A stretch of 64,000 bases of DNA from an uncultured beta proteobacterium (GCA_963838695.1 CAWIRZ010000048.1:49053-113052), one strand, 5' to 3'; shown: positions 28,533 to 38,552, counted from the first letter of the stretch. Notes: generated by a model from the sequence alone, not told the origin. A program made the numbers and translations.

Positions 28533-30641
28533 ATGACATCGACAAGCCGCCGTGATTTTCTGCGCGCCGCCGCTCAAGCAGCAGGCGCAGCCGCCGCGAT
28601 GGGTGCGTTGCCCGCCGGCATTCGCAACGCGCTCGCGATTCCCGCGAACGACGCGACGCGCAGTATCCACGACATCGAGCATATCGTGATCCTTATGCAG
28701 GAGAACCGCTCGTTCGATCACTACTTCGGTACGCTGCGCGGCGTGCGTGGCTACGGCGATCGGCGTGCGATTCGCTTGCCGAACGGCAACAGCGTCTGGC
28801 AGCAGCCCGCGCTGGCCGATGCCGGCCACGTCCTGCCGTTTCGGCCGAGCGCGCCGGATCTAGGCATGCAATTCCTGCAGGACCTGCCCCACGATTGGAC
28901 GACAACCCACAACGCGTGGAACGGTGGCCGCTACGACCAATGGGTCAGTGCGAAAGGCACGACGACGATGGCCTATCTCACGCGTCAGGACATTCCATTC
29001 CACTATCAGCTCGCCGACGCCTTCACGATCTGCGACGCTTACCACTGCTCGGGCATGACGCCGACCGATCCGAATCGCTACTACATGTGGACGGGCTGGG
29101 TCGGCAATGACGGCAAGGGCGGCGGCCCCGTCATCGACAATGCCGAAGCCGGCTACGGCTGGTCGACCTATCCCGAGGTGCTGCAAACGGCCGGCATCTC
29201 GTGGAAGATCTATCAGGACATCGGCACGGGGTTGGATGCGGCGGGCTCGTGGGGCTGGACGCAAAACGCCTATATCGGCAACTACGGCGATAACTCGCTG
29301 CTCTACTTCAATCAATACCGCAACGCCCAACCCGGCAATCCGCTCTATGAAAAAGCGCGCACGGGGACGAACGTCGCCGCTGGCGGTGGCTATTTCGACA
29401 TGCTGAAGCACGATGTGCAAAACGGCACGCTCCCGCAGGTATCGTGGATCGTGGCGCCCGAGGCGTATTCGGAGCATCCGAATTGGCCCGCCAATTACGG
29501 CGCGTGGTACGTCGATCAGGTGCTGCAAGTGCTCACGTCGAATCCGACGCTATGGAGCAAGACGGCGCTCTTGATCACCTATGATGAAAACGACGGCTTC
29601 TTCGATCACGTCGCGCCGCCGTTCGCGCCTTGGTCGAAAGAAGCGGGGCTCTCGACCGTCGAAACGACCCACGAGTATTTCGCGGGCAACGCGACCTATC
29701 CGGCGGGGCCTTTCGGCCTTGGGCCCCGCGTGCCGATGCTCGTGGTCTCGCCGTGGTCCAAGGGCGGCTGGGTGTGTTCCGAAACGTTCGACCATACCTC
29801 GATCATTCGTTTTATCGCGCGTCGGTTCGGTCACGAGCGCAACCTGTGCGAGGCGAATATCACGCCTTGGCGCAAGGCCGTTTGCGGCGATTTGACGCGC
29901 GCATTCGATTTCGCCAATCCGAATGCCGCGTTTCCGACGCTGCCGAGCACGAGCGGGTACGTGCCGCCCGATCAGCAACGCCACCCCGATTACGTGCCGC
30001 TGCCGCCGCTCGTGCAGGCCAAGCCCCAGCAGGAACCGGGGGTGCGTCCGGCACGCGCGTTGCCGTACGAGCTGTTCGTGCGTGCCCATGTCGACGCGGG
30101 GCAAGCGCAATTGCATCTGAAATTGACGAACACGGGAGAGGCGGGCGCCGCATTGCAGGTGTACAAGGCACACAGCGCCGATGCGCCCCGCACCTACACG
30201 GTGGAACCGCGCAAGCATCTCACCGATGACTTCGCGCTCAATCTAGACGGCAGCTACGATTTCGCGGTGCACGGACCGAACGGATTTGCCCGCCGCTTTG
30301 CCGGCCATGCTGTCGCGGCGCATTGGTGGAGCGCGGGGGTGGCCGTGCCGGACGTAGTCGAGTCGTACGACGTGGCGAACGGCAACATCGAACTGCGCTT
30401 GGAAAACAAGGGCACGGCGGCCTGCGAATTCACGGTCTCGAACGCGTACACCGGAAAGAGCGTGACGCACCGGGTCGCGGGCGGCGAAAGTGTGGACCTG
30501 TACGTCGATTTGCGGGCGGAGCACGCTTGGTACGATTTCCACGTGACGGTCGATACGGATCCGCTGTTCGTGCGCATGCTGGCGGGTCACGTCGAAACGG
30601 GTCACCACAGCATGAGCGATCCCGCGCTCGGTTTGGTTTAA
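28533..30641 (+). CDS. phosphocholine-specific (non-haemolytic type) phospholipase C, Tat-secreted
   Basis: Tat signal 'MTSTSRRDFLRAAAQAAGAAA'. 'IEHIVILMQENRSFDHYFGTLRGVRG' is the phosphoesterase motif. Two C-terminal DUF756-like repeats. Confidence 0.9.
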   Translation: MTSTSRRDFLRAAAQAAGAAAAMGALPAGIRNALAIPANDATRSIHDIEHIVILMQENRSFDHYFGTLRGVRGYGDRRAIRLPNGNSVWQQPALADAGHVLPFRPSAPDLGMQFLQDLPHDWTTTHNAWNGGRYDQWVSAKGTTTMAYLTRQDIPFHYQLADAFTICDAYHCSGMTPTDPNRYYMWTGWVGNDGKGGGPVIDNAEAGYGWSTYPEVLQTAGISWKIYQDIGTGLDAAGSWGWTQNAYIGNYGDNSLLYFNQYRNAQPGNPLYEKARTGTNVAAGGGYFDMLKHDVQNGTLPQVSWIVAPEAYSEHPNWPANYGAWYVDQVLQVLTSNPTLWSKTALLITYDENDGFFDHVAPPFAPWSKEAGLSTVETTHEYFAGNATYPAGPFGLGPRVPMLVVSPWSKGGWVCSETFDHTSIIRFIARRFGHERNLCEANITPWRKAVCGDLTRAFDFANPNAAFPTLPSTSGYVPPDQQRHPDYVPLPPLVQAKPQQEPGVRPARALPYELFVRAHVDAGQAQLHLKLTNTGEAGAALQVYKAHSADAPRTYTVEPRKHLTDDFALNLDGSYDFAVHGPNGFARRFAGHAVAAHWWSAGVAVPDVVESYDVANGNIELRLENKGTAACEFTVSNAYTGKSVTHRVAGGESVDLYVDLRAEHAWYDFHVTVDTDPLFVRMLAGHVETGHHSMSDPALGLV

Positions 30642-30905
30642 ACGTGCCGGGCTAAAAGACGCCTATTTCAAGGGGTGTCCTATGCGGACAAACCCTTTGT
30701 CGCCGTCGTCGTCGGCACTTGCCGATCGACGACGGCCCCCTCCGATGCCGTAGATAGTCGGCGCCGCGCAACAAATCCCCCCGTAAACACGCTCTCGAAA
30801 CACAAATTAGATGCATGAAGCCGCGCGGCGCTTGTAGAATCCGGCGTTGAAGCAGCGCACGTCGTGCGCGCTTCGTGCGTTCAACGACCAACAGGTAGGA
30901 GAAAC

Positions 30906-31358
30906 ATGGTTACTTCCGCAAAGAAGGTTGCGAAAAAGGCAGCAGCTCCCGCACCGGCAAAAAAAGTAGCTGCCAAGAAAGCTGCTCCCGCGAAGACTGC
31001 CGCGGCTAAGAAGGTCGCCGTGAAGGCGTCCGGCGCTCCGTCGCCGATCAAGGACACCTTCACGAAGGCCTCGCTGGCTGCTCACCTCGCTGAGCGCTCG
31101 GCTGTCGAGCCGAAGTCCGTCAAGGCTGTGCTTGGCGCGCTCGAAGACACGATCCTCGGCTCGGTGCACAAGAAGGGTGCCGGCGAATTCACGCTGTCGG
31201 GCCTGCTGAAGATCGTCGTGCAAGCGGTGCCGGCGAAGAAGAAGCGCTTCGGCAAGGATCCGTTCACGGGTGAAGACCGTTGGTTCCCGGCCAAGCCGGC
31301 AAGCGTGCGCATCAAGGCACGTGCACTGAAGAAGCTGAAGGACGCGGCCGCAGGCTAA
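30906..31358 (+). CDS. HU/IHF-fold DNA-binding protein with N-terminal Lys/Ala-rich histone-H1-like tail
   Basis: The tail is 'AKKVAKKAAAPAPAKKVAAKKAAPAKTAAAKKVAVKA'. The HU-like core follows: 'FTKASLAAHLAERSAV...GEFTLSGLLKIVVQAVPAKKKRFGKDPFTGE'. Confidence 0.8.
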   Translation: MVTSAKKVAKKAAAPAPAKKVAAKKAAPAKTAAAKKVAVKASGAPSPIKDTFTKASLAAHLAERSAVEPKSVKAVLGALEDTILGSVHKKGAGEFTLSGLLKIVVQAVPAKKKRFGKDPFTGEDRWFPAKPASVRIKARALKKLKDAAAG

Positions 31359-31382
31359 GTCGTTCGCTTCGACAAACAAAAA

Positions 31383-31415
31383 ACCCGCATCGGTTTTGCC
31401 TTTGCGGGTTTTTTA
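31383..31415 (+). terminator. intrinsic terminator
   Basis: Stem CCCGCA (31384-89) pairs with TGCGGG (31403-08), followed by a T run at 31409-14. Confidence 0.75.
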
Positions 31416-31484
31416 TTGCCTCGCTTCGGCGAGCCGTTCGGTGTTTCGGTTCGGGGTTCGGCGTCTAGCGCTTAGCTCCGGCGC

Positions 31485-32924
31485 TCAGTGCGCGCTGCCG
31501 CTCGGCTGATAGCCATCCGTCAGCGTCTGCAGGAACGCGATGATGTCCTTGATCTCGGCGTCCGTCATCGCAGGGGTATCGCCCGGGTGTCGATCGAAGG
31601 GCGCATCGCTCTTGTCGATGTTGGCGTGGTATTTCGCCGGCAGATCGTCGTATTGCAAGACGTGCCCTTGTGCGTCGTGCGAATAAATTTGGCCCGGCTC
31701 GATGTCGCGCAGGTTATAGAACTTCATGACGTCGTCGAGCGAGCGATACACGCCGTTGTGAAAATACGCGTGACGGGTGGCCGCATTGCGCAGTGTCGGC
31801 GTGAGGAACATGCCGCAGTACTGCGTTTGCGCGGCGAGGTCCGTGCGATAGGGGCCGCACAGGCCCATGTCGAAATAGTGCGCGCTGCGATTGACGGCAA
31901 GCGCGCTGTTGCGCGGGACGCCGAGCGCCTCGTATTGATAATCGGTGAACATCGGCGGCAGCCCGTCGGTTGACGGTTTCGACAGGTGGCAGCCTGCGCA
32001 ATTGGCCTTCTTCGGATCGTTGAAGAGCTGCAAACCGTGCAATTCCGCCCGCGTCAAACGCGCGCGCCCTTCCAGCCAGTAGTCGTACTTGCTCGTGTAC
32101 GGGTGGAACGAAGGATCCTCTACTTGGTAGCGCGCGACCGCGAACATCGCTTCGGACAGCAACAGGCGCGGATCGGCGAAGATGCGCGGCCCAAAGAGTT
32201 GTAGGAAAGCATCGCGGTAGGCGCCGTTTGCGAATTTGCCTGCAACCTCGGCTTCGCTCGTATTCGCCATTTCGACCGGGTTCAGCAGCGGCCCTAACGC
32301 TTGCGCTTGCAGCGTATCGGCGCGGCCATCCCAGAACATGCCGCCTTGCGGCACCATCGCAGGCGCGGCGGGCGCGACGCCGGCCGTCTTTTGCGTGCGT
32401 GCGGTGCCCGACGCGGCCGCGGCTTCTTGTGCGAAGTTGGCTTGGGTATCGGCGTCGGCCGTATCCGGTCCGATGCTGAAGTTCGGTTGTCGATACAAGT
32501 ACATCAGCGTGGGCGGGGGACGATCGCCTTGCAACGTCATCGCCGATCCGCCGAGCTGCACCGGCAACGCGTTGGGAGGCCCATAAGCATGCGCGGGGCT
32601 GTGGCACGATGCGCACGACAGCTTGCCCGAAGCCGATAGGTTTCGATCGAAGAAGATTTGCTTGCCGAGCAGCGCCATGGCACTGAGCGGCGCGACCGCC
32701 GGACGCTCGAGATGGACCGGGTGCGGGTTGGCGCCCGTCAATTGCTCCACGATGTTGCCGACGGCGGCCGGCGTTCGCTCGGGATAGGCGAGTGCCCACG
32801 CGCAGACGCCGGCCGCGGCCAGCGCTACGCCCAGTGCGGCAAGACGGACGAATGAGCGACGGCGCGGAGGCGGATTGCCACGGTCGGCGGGTGGGGTCGG
32901 CAAGGCGGAATCGAGCGGCTGCAT
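31485..32924 (-). CDS. di-haem cytochrome c peroxidase (CCP/MauG family)
   Basis: Two CxxCH motifs ('CASCHSP' and 'CAGCHLS'). 'MFWDGRA' is a CCP hallmark. N-terminal TM/signal 'FVRLAALGVALAAAGVCAWA'. Start at ATG 32924. Confidence 0.85.
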   Translation of the reverse strand: MQPLDSALPTPPADRGNPPPRRRSFVRLAALGVALAAAGVCAWALAYPERTPAAVGNIVEQLTGANPHPVHLERPAVAPLSAMALLGKQIFFDRNLSASGKLSCASCHSPAHAYGPPNALPVQLGGSAMTLQGDRPPPTLMYLYRQPNFSIGPDTADADTQANFAQEAAAASGTARTQKTAGVAPAAPAMVPQGGMFWDGRADTLQAQALGPLLNPVEMANTSEAEVAGKFANGAYRDAFLQLFGPRIFADPRLLLSEAMFAVARYQVEDPSFHPYTSKYDYWLEGRARLTRAELHGLQLFNDPKKANCAGCHLSKPSTDGLPPMFTDYQYEALGVPRNSALAVNRSAHYFDMGLCGPYRTDLAAQTQYCGMFLTPTLRNAATRHAYFHNGVYRSLDDVMKFYNLRDIEPGQIYSHDAQGHVLQYDDLPAKYHANIDKSDAPFDRHPGDTPAMTDAEIKDIIAFLQTLTDGYQPSGSAH

Positions 32925-33040
32925 CGTATCGGTCGGAAAAACGTAGCGTGCGATCAAATAAAAAGCCACAGCCCGTTGCCGGGCTGTGGGGGCGCATCGT
33001 CGTGCTAGCGCGCGGCATCGTGCGCTAGCCGGTGAAGCGA

Positions 33041-34705
33041 TTAGCTCTGCGGCGGCGTGCTGACCGGCGTACCCAGCGTCGGGTCGAGGTACAACGGCGT
33101 CGTACGTGCCGAAGCCGAGAAGTTGAACAAGCTCATGATGCTGCCCGCCGTCGCATCGAACGAACCGCCGCCGATGCGTTGGCCGCCGAGCCAGTTGTCC
33201 TCGATGAAACGGACGACCGATGCTTGCGAGATCAACGTATGGTCGACATAGTTTTGCTTCGCGTACGGCGAGATCACGAGGAACGGCAAGCGCGTGCCGG
33301 GGCCGCAGCGACCGTTCACCGGTTGACCGTTCAGGCCGGCGGGCTGCGTGCCGGTGCCGCACACGCTACTGCCGTTCAGTTGATCCGCGCTCGAGAACGA
33401 GGCCGACGTCGGGGATTGGAATTGATGGTCGTACCAGCCGTCCGAGTCATCCCACGCGACGATCACAGCGGTGCTCTTCCAGTCCGGCTGCTGTTGGAGG
33501 AAGTTCACCACCTTCGTCACGAACGCTTGCTCGTCGAGCGGATCCGAATAGCCGGCGTGGCCGTCCTGATAGGCGGGAGCCTTCAGGAAGCTGACCGACG
33601 GATAATTGCCGGCGCTGACGGCCGTGAAGAAATCGTTGACATCGTATTCGTGATTGGCCGGATCGACGGTCGTCGTGTTCGGCACGACGGTGAAGCCGAT
33701 GGCGGCCGTCGATGTCGGGCGCAGGTGGTTCGGATTCGACGTCGATTGGTAGTACTGGAACCAGTTGTGGTGCGGGATGTAGTCGGCCGTTGCCGCGCCG
33801 ACTACCGCGGACGTCGTGCTGCGCTTACAGCCCGTCGTGCCGTTGGCGTTCGTCGTCGACAGGTTGAACCCGCCCATGAAGCCGCCCCACGTGATGTTTT
33901 TTGCGTTGAGCAGGTCGCCGATGTTCTTGCCCGTCATGAAGGCTTGGTCGGTCGTGCTCGAGCACAGGTCGGAGCCCGGATCGACGTCGTTGATCATCGT
34001 CAAGCCGCCCTGGCCGTCGGCCGTGTAGTAGGAAGTGCGCGACGATTTGACGATCTGCATTCCGTTCGTTTGCCCGGCGACGACTTCGAGTGCGCCTGGC
34101 GTCGAGGGGCCATACGTGTCCGTATACGCGTTATCGCTCATCGCGAAGTTCTGCGCGTAGTTCCACATTGCCGTCACGGTGTTGCCGTCGTAGTAGCCCA
34201 TGACTTGGCCGGTCGTGCCGAATGCGCCCGCGCCGCCGCTCGTGCCGTTACCCGTGAACTTCGGAAAAAGATCCATCAGGCCGTTGTCGTATGCCTGTTC
34301 TTCGGCCGTGTAGGCGTGATTCTGGTCGGCGGTTGCGGCTTGTGTGCGATCGAGCCGAAACGGATTCGTCGCGCCCGTGCCGTTCGCGACATTCGTCGAA
34401 TTCGGGTTGGCCGTCAGCAGTGTGCCCGCGAGGCCGTTGACCGTCGGCGTGCCGGCCGCCGCCGTGAACGACGGTTCGCCCGCGGGGTTCGTCGCGTTCG
34501 GATACGTCGCGAAGTAGTGGTCGAACGAGACGTTCTCGCCGTAGATCACCACGACGTGTTTGATCGGCGTCGCGGTTTGGGTGAGGTTTTGAAGGCTGAC
34601 CGCTGCGGTGGGCGTGGTGTTGTCGGAGTTGCTGCTGCCACACGCGGCGAGAACGCCGAGCGACGCGACTGCCACTGCGGCGGGGAGAAGCTTACGGCGA
34701 AACAT
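33041..34705 (-). CDS. acpA: AcpA-type acid phosphatase (phosphoesterase family), lipoprotein
   Basis: Lipobox 'GVLAAC'. 'IKHVVVIYGENVSFDHYFATYP' is the phosphoesterase motif. 'PHHNWFQYY' is also present. Confidence 0.85.
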   Translation of the reverse strand: MFRRKLLPAAVAVASLGVLAACGSSNSDNTTPTAAVSLQNLTQTATPIKHVVVIYGENVSFDHYFATYPNATNPAGEPSFTAAAGTPTVNGLAGTLLTANPNSTNVANGTGATNPFRLDRTQAATADQNHAYTAEEQAYDNGLMDLFPKFTGNGTSGGAGAFGTTGQVMGYYDGNTVTAMWNYAQNFAMSDNAYTDTYGPSTPGALEVVAGQTNGMQIVKSSRTSYYTADGQGGLTMINDVDPGSDLCSSTTDQAFMTGKNIGDLLNAKNITWGGFMGGFNLSTTNANGTTGCKRSTTSAVVGAATADYIPHHNWFQYYQSTSNPNHLRPTSTAAIGFTVVPNTTTVDPANHEYDVNDFFTAVSAGNYPSVSFLKAPAYQDGHAGYSDPLDEQAFVTKVVNFLQQQPDWKSTAVIVAWDDSDGWYDHQFQSPTSASFSSADQLNGSSVCGTGTQPAGLNGQPVNGRCGPGTRLPFLVISPYAKQNYVDHTLISQASVVRFIEDNWLGGQRIGGGSFDATAGSIMSLFNFSASARTTPLYLDPTLGTPVSTPPQS

Positions 34706-35031
34706 GGGGACGCACTCCTGGTTTGTCGTCGCCGCAAGCCCCCTAGCGAAGTGTCGTCATTCGATCCCGAGTGGATGACAGCGAAGACGCGTGCGGTGAA
34801 CGATGGTTATTTTTCGGAAGAACGGCGCATTGGACCATGTCGATGTTAAGTATCTGCGACACATAGCTTTCAACTCTATTTTTTTAGCTTTCGATTGTAT
34901 TTGGCGTTTTCAGCCTCGTCGGCGGTGCGCCGGCGGCCCATGGAGTGCGGCGGCGGAGGCCGGGGCCGTAAAGGTATGATGTGCGCGTCGTCGGTGCGGG
35001 CGTGCCGAATCGGTAGGATAAGGTGAGAGTA

Positions 35032-35844
35032 ATGAAGCTTTTCGAGGCGCTGGGTTTCCGCTGGGATCGTGGTGCTGCCGTGGGCGGCATGCCGAGGTAC
35101 TCGGTCGAGCGGGTCTGTTTTCGCTTCCATAAGATGCTCCCGGAATTCGTCTGGGACGCAAGTGTGCTGGAGGGCAATCCGTTCACGTTTCCCGAAGTCA
35201 AAACGTTACTGGACGGCATTACGGTGGGAGGCCGGAAAATCTCCGATCAAGAACAGGTTCTGAACTTGGTCGAGAGTTCGAAACACCTACTCAAGCTGGT
35301 GAAGAACAGGCAGTTTTCTCTCGATAAGGCCACGTTCACTGGCCTGCATTCGCTCGTTGCTCGCAACGAAGCGCTCGAGTGGGGGCATTTCCGCGGCGAA
35401 GGCGATGAGTGGAATTACACCCGCGATGTCGGCCTAGGCGAGCAAGGGCGCTACACGCCGCTGCCGACGATCAAGGGTGGTGCGAATGTCGACGACGCAT
35501 TCCGCCGGGGCGTGGATGCACTGAACGCCGACGTGTCGGATCCTTTTGAAAAAGGCGCGGCGTTCTTTCTGTTCGGCGCGTTGCAGCAGTTCTTCTTCGA
35601 CGGCAACAAGCGTACTTCCCGATTCATGATGAACGGTGTGCTGATGTCGCACGGGATCGATGCGATCAGTATTCCGGCCGCAAAAGCCCAGGCGTTCAAC
35701 GAGAAGATGATTCGGTTCTATCTGCATCGCGACGGCAGCGAGATGATGCAGTTCCTGGTGGATTGCCATCCGGAGCCCGAACGCATTCGGGTGCCGAATC
35801 CGGCAAGCTCTCCTTCCTCGTCCGGCTCCGGTATCGACGTTTGA
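35032..35844 (+). CDS. Fic/DOC-fold protein with a degenerate active-site motif
   Basis: 'LEGNPFTFPEVKTLLDG' is typical of Fic N-terminal helices. The motif position reads 'QFFFDGNKRTSR' instead of HPFxDGNGRxxR. Sits in locally AT-rich surroundings. Confidence 0.7.
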   Translation: MKLFEALGFRWDRGAAVGGMPRYSVERVCFRFHKMLPEFVWDASVLEGNPFTFPEVKTLLDGITVGGRKISDQEQVLNLVESSKHLLKLVKNRQFSLDKATFTGLHSLVARNEALEWGHFRGEGDEWNYTRDVGLGEQGRYTPLPTIKGGANVDDAFRRGVDALNADVSDPFEKGAAFFLFGALQQFFFDGNKRTSRFMMNGVLMSHGIDAISIPAAKAQAFNEKMIRFYLHRDGSEMMQFLVDCHPEPERIRVPNPASSPSSSGSGIDV

Positions 35845-35904
35845 TCGGGCACGCTGGGCCGCCGCGTCGATTCCATTCATGACCCGGGCAGCGCAACGCC
35901 GCAA

Positions 35905-35937
35905 TAAAAAACGCCAGCCGGGGAAGCCCCGGCTGGC
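35905..35937 (-). terminator. intrinsic terminator for the minus-strand porin gene
   Basis: 11-bp stem GCCAGCCGGGG (35913-23) pairs with CCCCGGCTGGC (35927-37). An A6 run at 35905-10 gives a U tract on the minus strand. Confidence 0.7.
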
Positions 35938-35990
35938 TCGATATTGCGTACTGCTTCGTTGTTTTCTCGTCGATTGCTCGAACGAACTTA

Positions 35991-37150
35991 TTAGAACTTG
36001 TGGCGCAGGCCCAATGCGACGAGTTCTTGCGAGTTCGTGCCGCTGTAGCCGTACGAGCCGATGGACGCTTGAGCAGGAGCGCCGCCTGCCGTGTTGCCGC
36101 TTGCGTGCTGATACGCGCCGACAAGGTACACGTCCGTGCGCTTCGACAGGTTGTAATCTGCGCCGAGCGAAGCTTGATGGTACTTAGCCGACGAATCGCC
36201 GCTCGACTTCATGTACGTGTAGCCCGCGCCGACCAGCAAAGCGGGCGTTGCTTGGTAGTTCAAGAAGCCGCTACCCGAGTTGTACTTCTCCGTCGAGCCG
36301 AAGGTCGAGAAAGCCGTCCGCCTTGTATTGCGCGTTGCTGTAGCTCAGGCCCATCGTGAACGGACCAACCGTGTATTGGCCGGCGACGCGCGCGATGCCG
36401 ATCGACTTGGCGGACTGGTAACCGTTGTTGATCGGGTCGATATCAAACGGACCGTCCGAGGTGCACGCTCCACGTTGTCCGGACACCGCTCGTCAGCGTG
36501 TTGGTGTTGTCGGCGCGGAAGTAGCCGGCAGCCAAGGCGATCGGACCGTTGTTGTACGCTGCTGCGAGCGACCACGTTTGGCCCGAGCCCGTCGAACCTG
36601 CCACACCGCCGAACGCGTAAAACGCTTCGGCTTGGAAGCCGGCGTAGGTCGGCGACACATACTTGATCGCATTGCTCGTGCGCGAGCTGTTGTCGTAATT
36701 GTCGACGTCGCCCGGCGTGGCGAACGAGCTACCGAAGTAGTTGTCGCCCGTGATGCCTTGGACCATATCGACCACCGGGTCGTACTGGCGGCCGAGCGTC
36801 ACCGTACCGTACGTTTGGCTGGTCAAACCGACGAAGGCTTGACGGCCGAATTCGCGCGAGCCTTGGCCCAGCTTGCCTGTGGACGGATCGAAGCCGTTTT
36901 CCAATTGGAAGATTGCAGCGAGGCCGCCGCCCAGATCTTCTTGACCCTTGACGCCCCAACGCGTGCCGGCCAGATCGCCGCCGCTGTTGTTGCCGAGCGC
37001 CCACAGATTCTTGTTGCCGGCCGCGTTGTGCACGTACGTGATCGAGTTATCGATTACACCGTACAGCGTGACGCTGGTCTGAGCTTGCGCTGCACCGGCG
37101 GCGCCGAGCAAGGCGAGCGAGAGGGTCGACAAAGCGATTTTTTTCATCAT
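35991..37150 (-). pseudogene. general (OmpC/Omp38-type) trimeric porin, broken by two frameshifts
   Basis: Three consecutive ORFs (36443..37255, 36271..36486, 35991..36263) read as one porin: 'MMKKIALSTLSLALLGAAGAAQAQTSVTLYGVIDN...', '...SDGPFDIDPINNGYQSAK...YKADGF' and '...FLNYQATPALLVGAGYTY...VALGLRHKF'. The shifts are near 36480 and at the A run 36310-12. Confidence 0.8.
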
Positions 37151-37526
37151 TTCTCCACGCGAAACGTTTATTAGACTGCTGCGGGGAGGAGAATACCCAA
37201 TGTTCTTGAAAGGCTGAAAGGAAAAAAGAATACTGTCGTCAAAACGAAACAGCACGGTCCGGCGCCCGGTAAAGACGGGATATCGAATTATTGCTGCCTC
37301 CGAAATACTGAATTAGAAAAAACGCAAAATTGCGACGCAATAGCGCAAGTTTTCCCATGATCCGGGCGCGACGCACAGCTTTGGAACCGTCCCGCGGCGG
37401 TGCGCAGCGGCGGCGTGGCCGCACGACGGTGCGCGGCGCACAGAAACGCGACATCGCGCCCCACCGCTGCGCAAAGCCGTAACTGGACAAGATTGAGGAA
37501 TTATGTCCTTGCGCGCTGCGCGAGGT

Positions 37527-38435
37527 TTAATAGTCAGATCTATTTTCCTGTGCGTGCAAATGTGCACGCATGCGACGCCGTCCTCTTGCCGCGGCATATT
37601 CGGCGCCGAGCAACAGCACTGCGGCCGAAAAGTACAACCACATCAACAAAACCGCGAGAGAACCCGCGGCGCCGAATGCATTGGACAATCCCGCATGGGC
37701 AAGATAAAGCGCGAATAGCTTCTTACCCGCGGTGAATAGCAAAGCGGCGACGATGCCGCCCGTGAGTGCGTCGTGCCATGCGACCTGTGCATCCGGCAAG
37801 AACTTGAGCAGTGCCGCGAATGCGAAAGCCAACGCGACGATGCCGAGCGCCAGTTGCAAGATGTTGCCGATCAGGACGAACGGCGTGCCGCCTAAAAGCC
37901 ACGCGCCGATGTAGCTGACGACCGTATCGAGGACGAGCGAGACGATTGCCAGAAAGGCGACGCCCAGCACGAGGCCGAACGAAATCAATCGAACTTTGAC
38001 GAGTGCCAGCACGGTGGAGACGCGCTGCGATGCATCGGCCGGCCAAATCACCGAAAGCGCCGCATTCAGCGAAGCGAATGTAGCGGACGCGCCGAGCGCG
38101 AGTGCCACGAACGAGATAAATGCGGCGAAACCGCCCGTCCCGCTGTGCGAGCGCGCATTCGCGAGAATCATCTGAATCGCGGCGGCGGCTTCGTCGCCGA
38201 TCAGCACATGCGCGTCTTGAAAGATTTGCCCGCGTATTGCATTCGCGCCGAAGAACCAGCCTGCTACCGCGATCACCATGACCAGCATCGGTGCCAACGA
38301 AAACGCCGAGTAAAAGGCGATGCCGGCGGCCATCGTCGCGCAGCGATGGTTGCCGAAATGCTGCACTGCATCGGCCGCACAGGCGCCTTCGTTGCGCGCG
38401 GCGCGCGGCAGTTCACGCAGCGTGTATGAAGCCAT
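37527..38435 (-). CDS. YihY/BrkB (virulence factor BrkB) family membrane protein
   Basis: 'CATMAAGIAFYSAFSLAPMLVMVIAV' plus polytopic C-terminal helices. Start at ATG 38435. Confidence 0.8.
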   Translation of the reverse strand: MASYTLRELPRAARNEGACAADAVQHFGNHRCATMAAGIAFYSAFSLAPMLVMVIAVAGWFFGANAIRGQIFQDAHVLIGDEAAAAIQMILANARSHSGTGGFAAFISFVALALGASATFASLNAALSVIWPADASQRVSTVLALVKVRLISFGLVLGVAFLAIVSLVLDTVVSYIGAWLLGGTPFVLIGNILQLALGIVALAFAFAALLKFLPDAQVAWHDALTGGIVAALLFTAGKKLFALYLAHAGLSNAFGAAGSLAVLLMWLYFSAAVLLLGAEYAAARGRRRMRAHLHAQENRSDY

Positions 38436-38532
38436 CGATCGACCCTCGCTTACGCGTCCCGGATGCGCTTCACTGTTGCAGACTCCATGCCTGTTCCGCA
38501 CCGGGCCGATGTGTCGCTTTTCAGCCGCGTTG

Positions 38533-38552
38533 CGAATCGAATCGAATCGAAT
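38533..38552. repeat. (CGAAT)x4 pentanucleotide microsatellite
   Basis: Read directly. Lies about 100 nt upstream of the YihY-family start codon. Confidence 0.85.

Noticed and set aside
33032-34849. 605-aa plus-strand ORF
   Set aside because: It is an Arg/Ala/Val-rich antisense shadow of the AcpA phosphatase gene, with no motifs. This is typical of high-GC DNA. The same reasoning applies to 252..1214(-), 1542..2435(-), 18116..18937(-), 23296..24525(+), 23339..24148(-), 24719..25735(+), 25110..26192(-), 27337..28257(-), 31714..33018(-), 42419..43312(-), 42601..43614(+), 45926..46846(-), 46995..48143(+), 47107..48096(-), 54901..55926(+) and 55923..56795(-).
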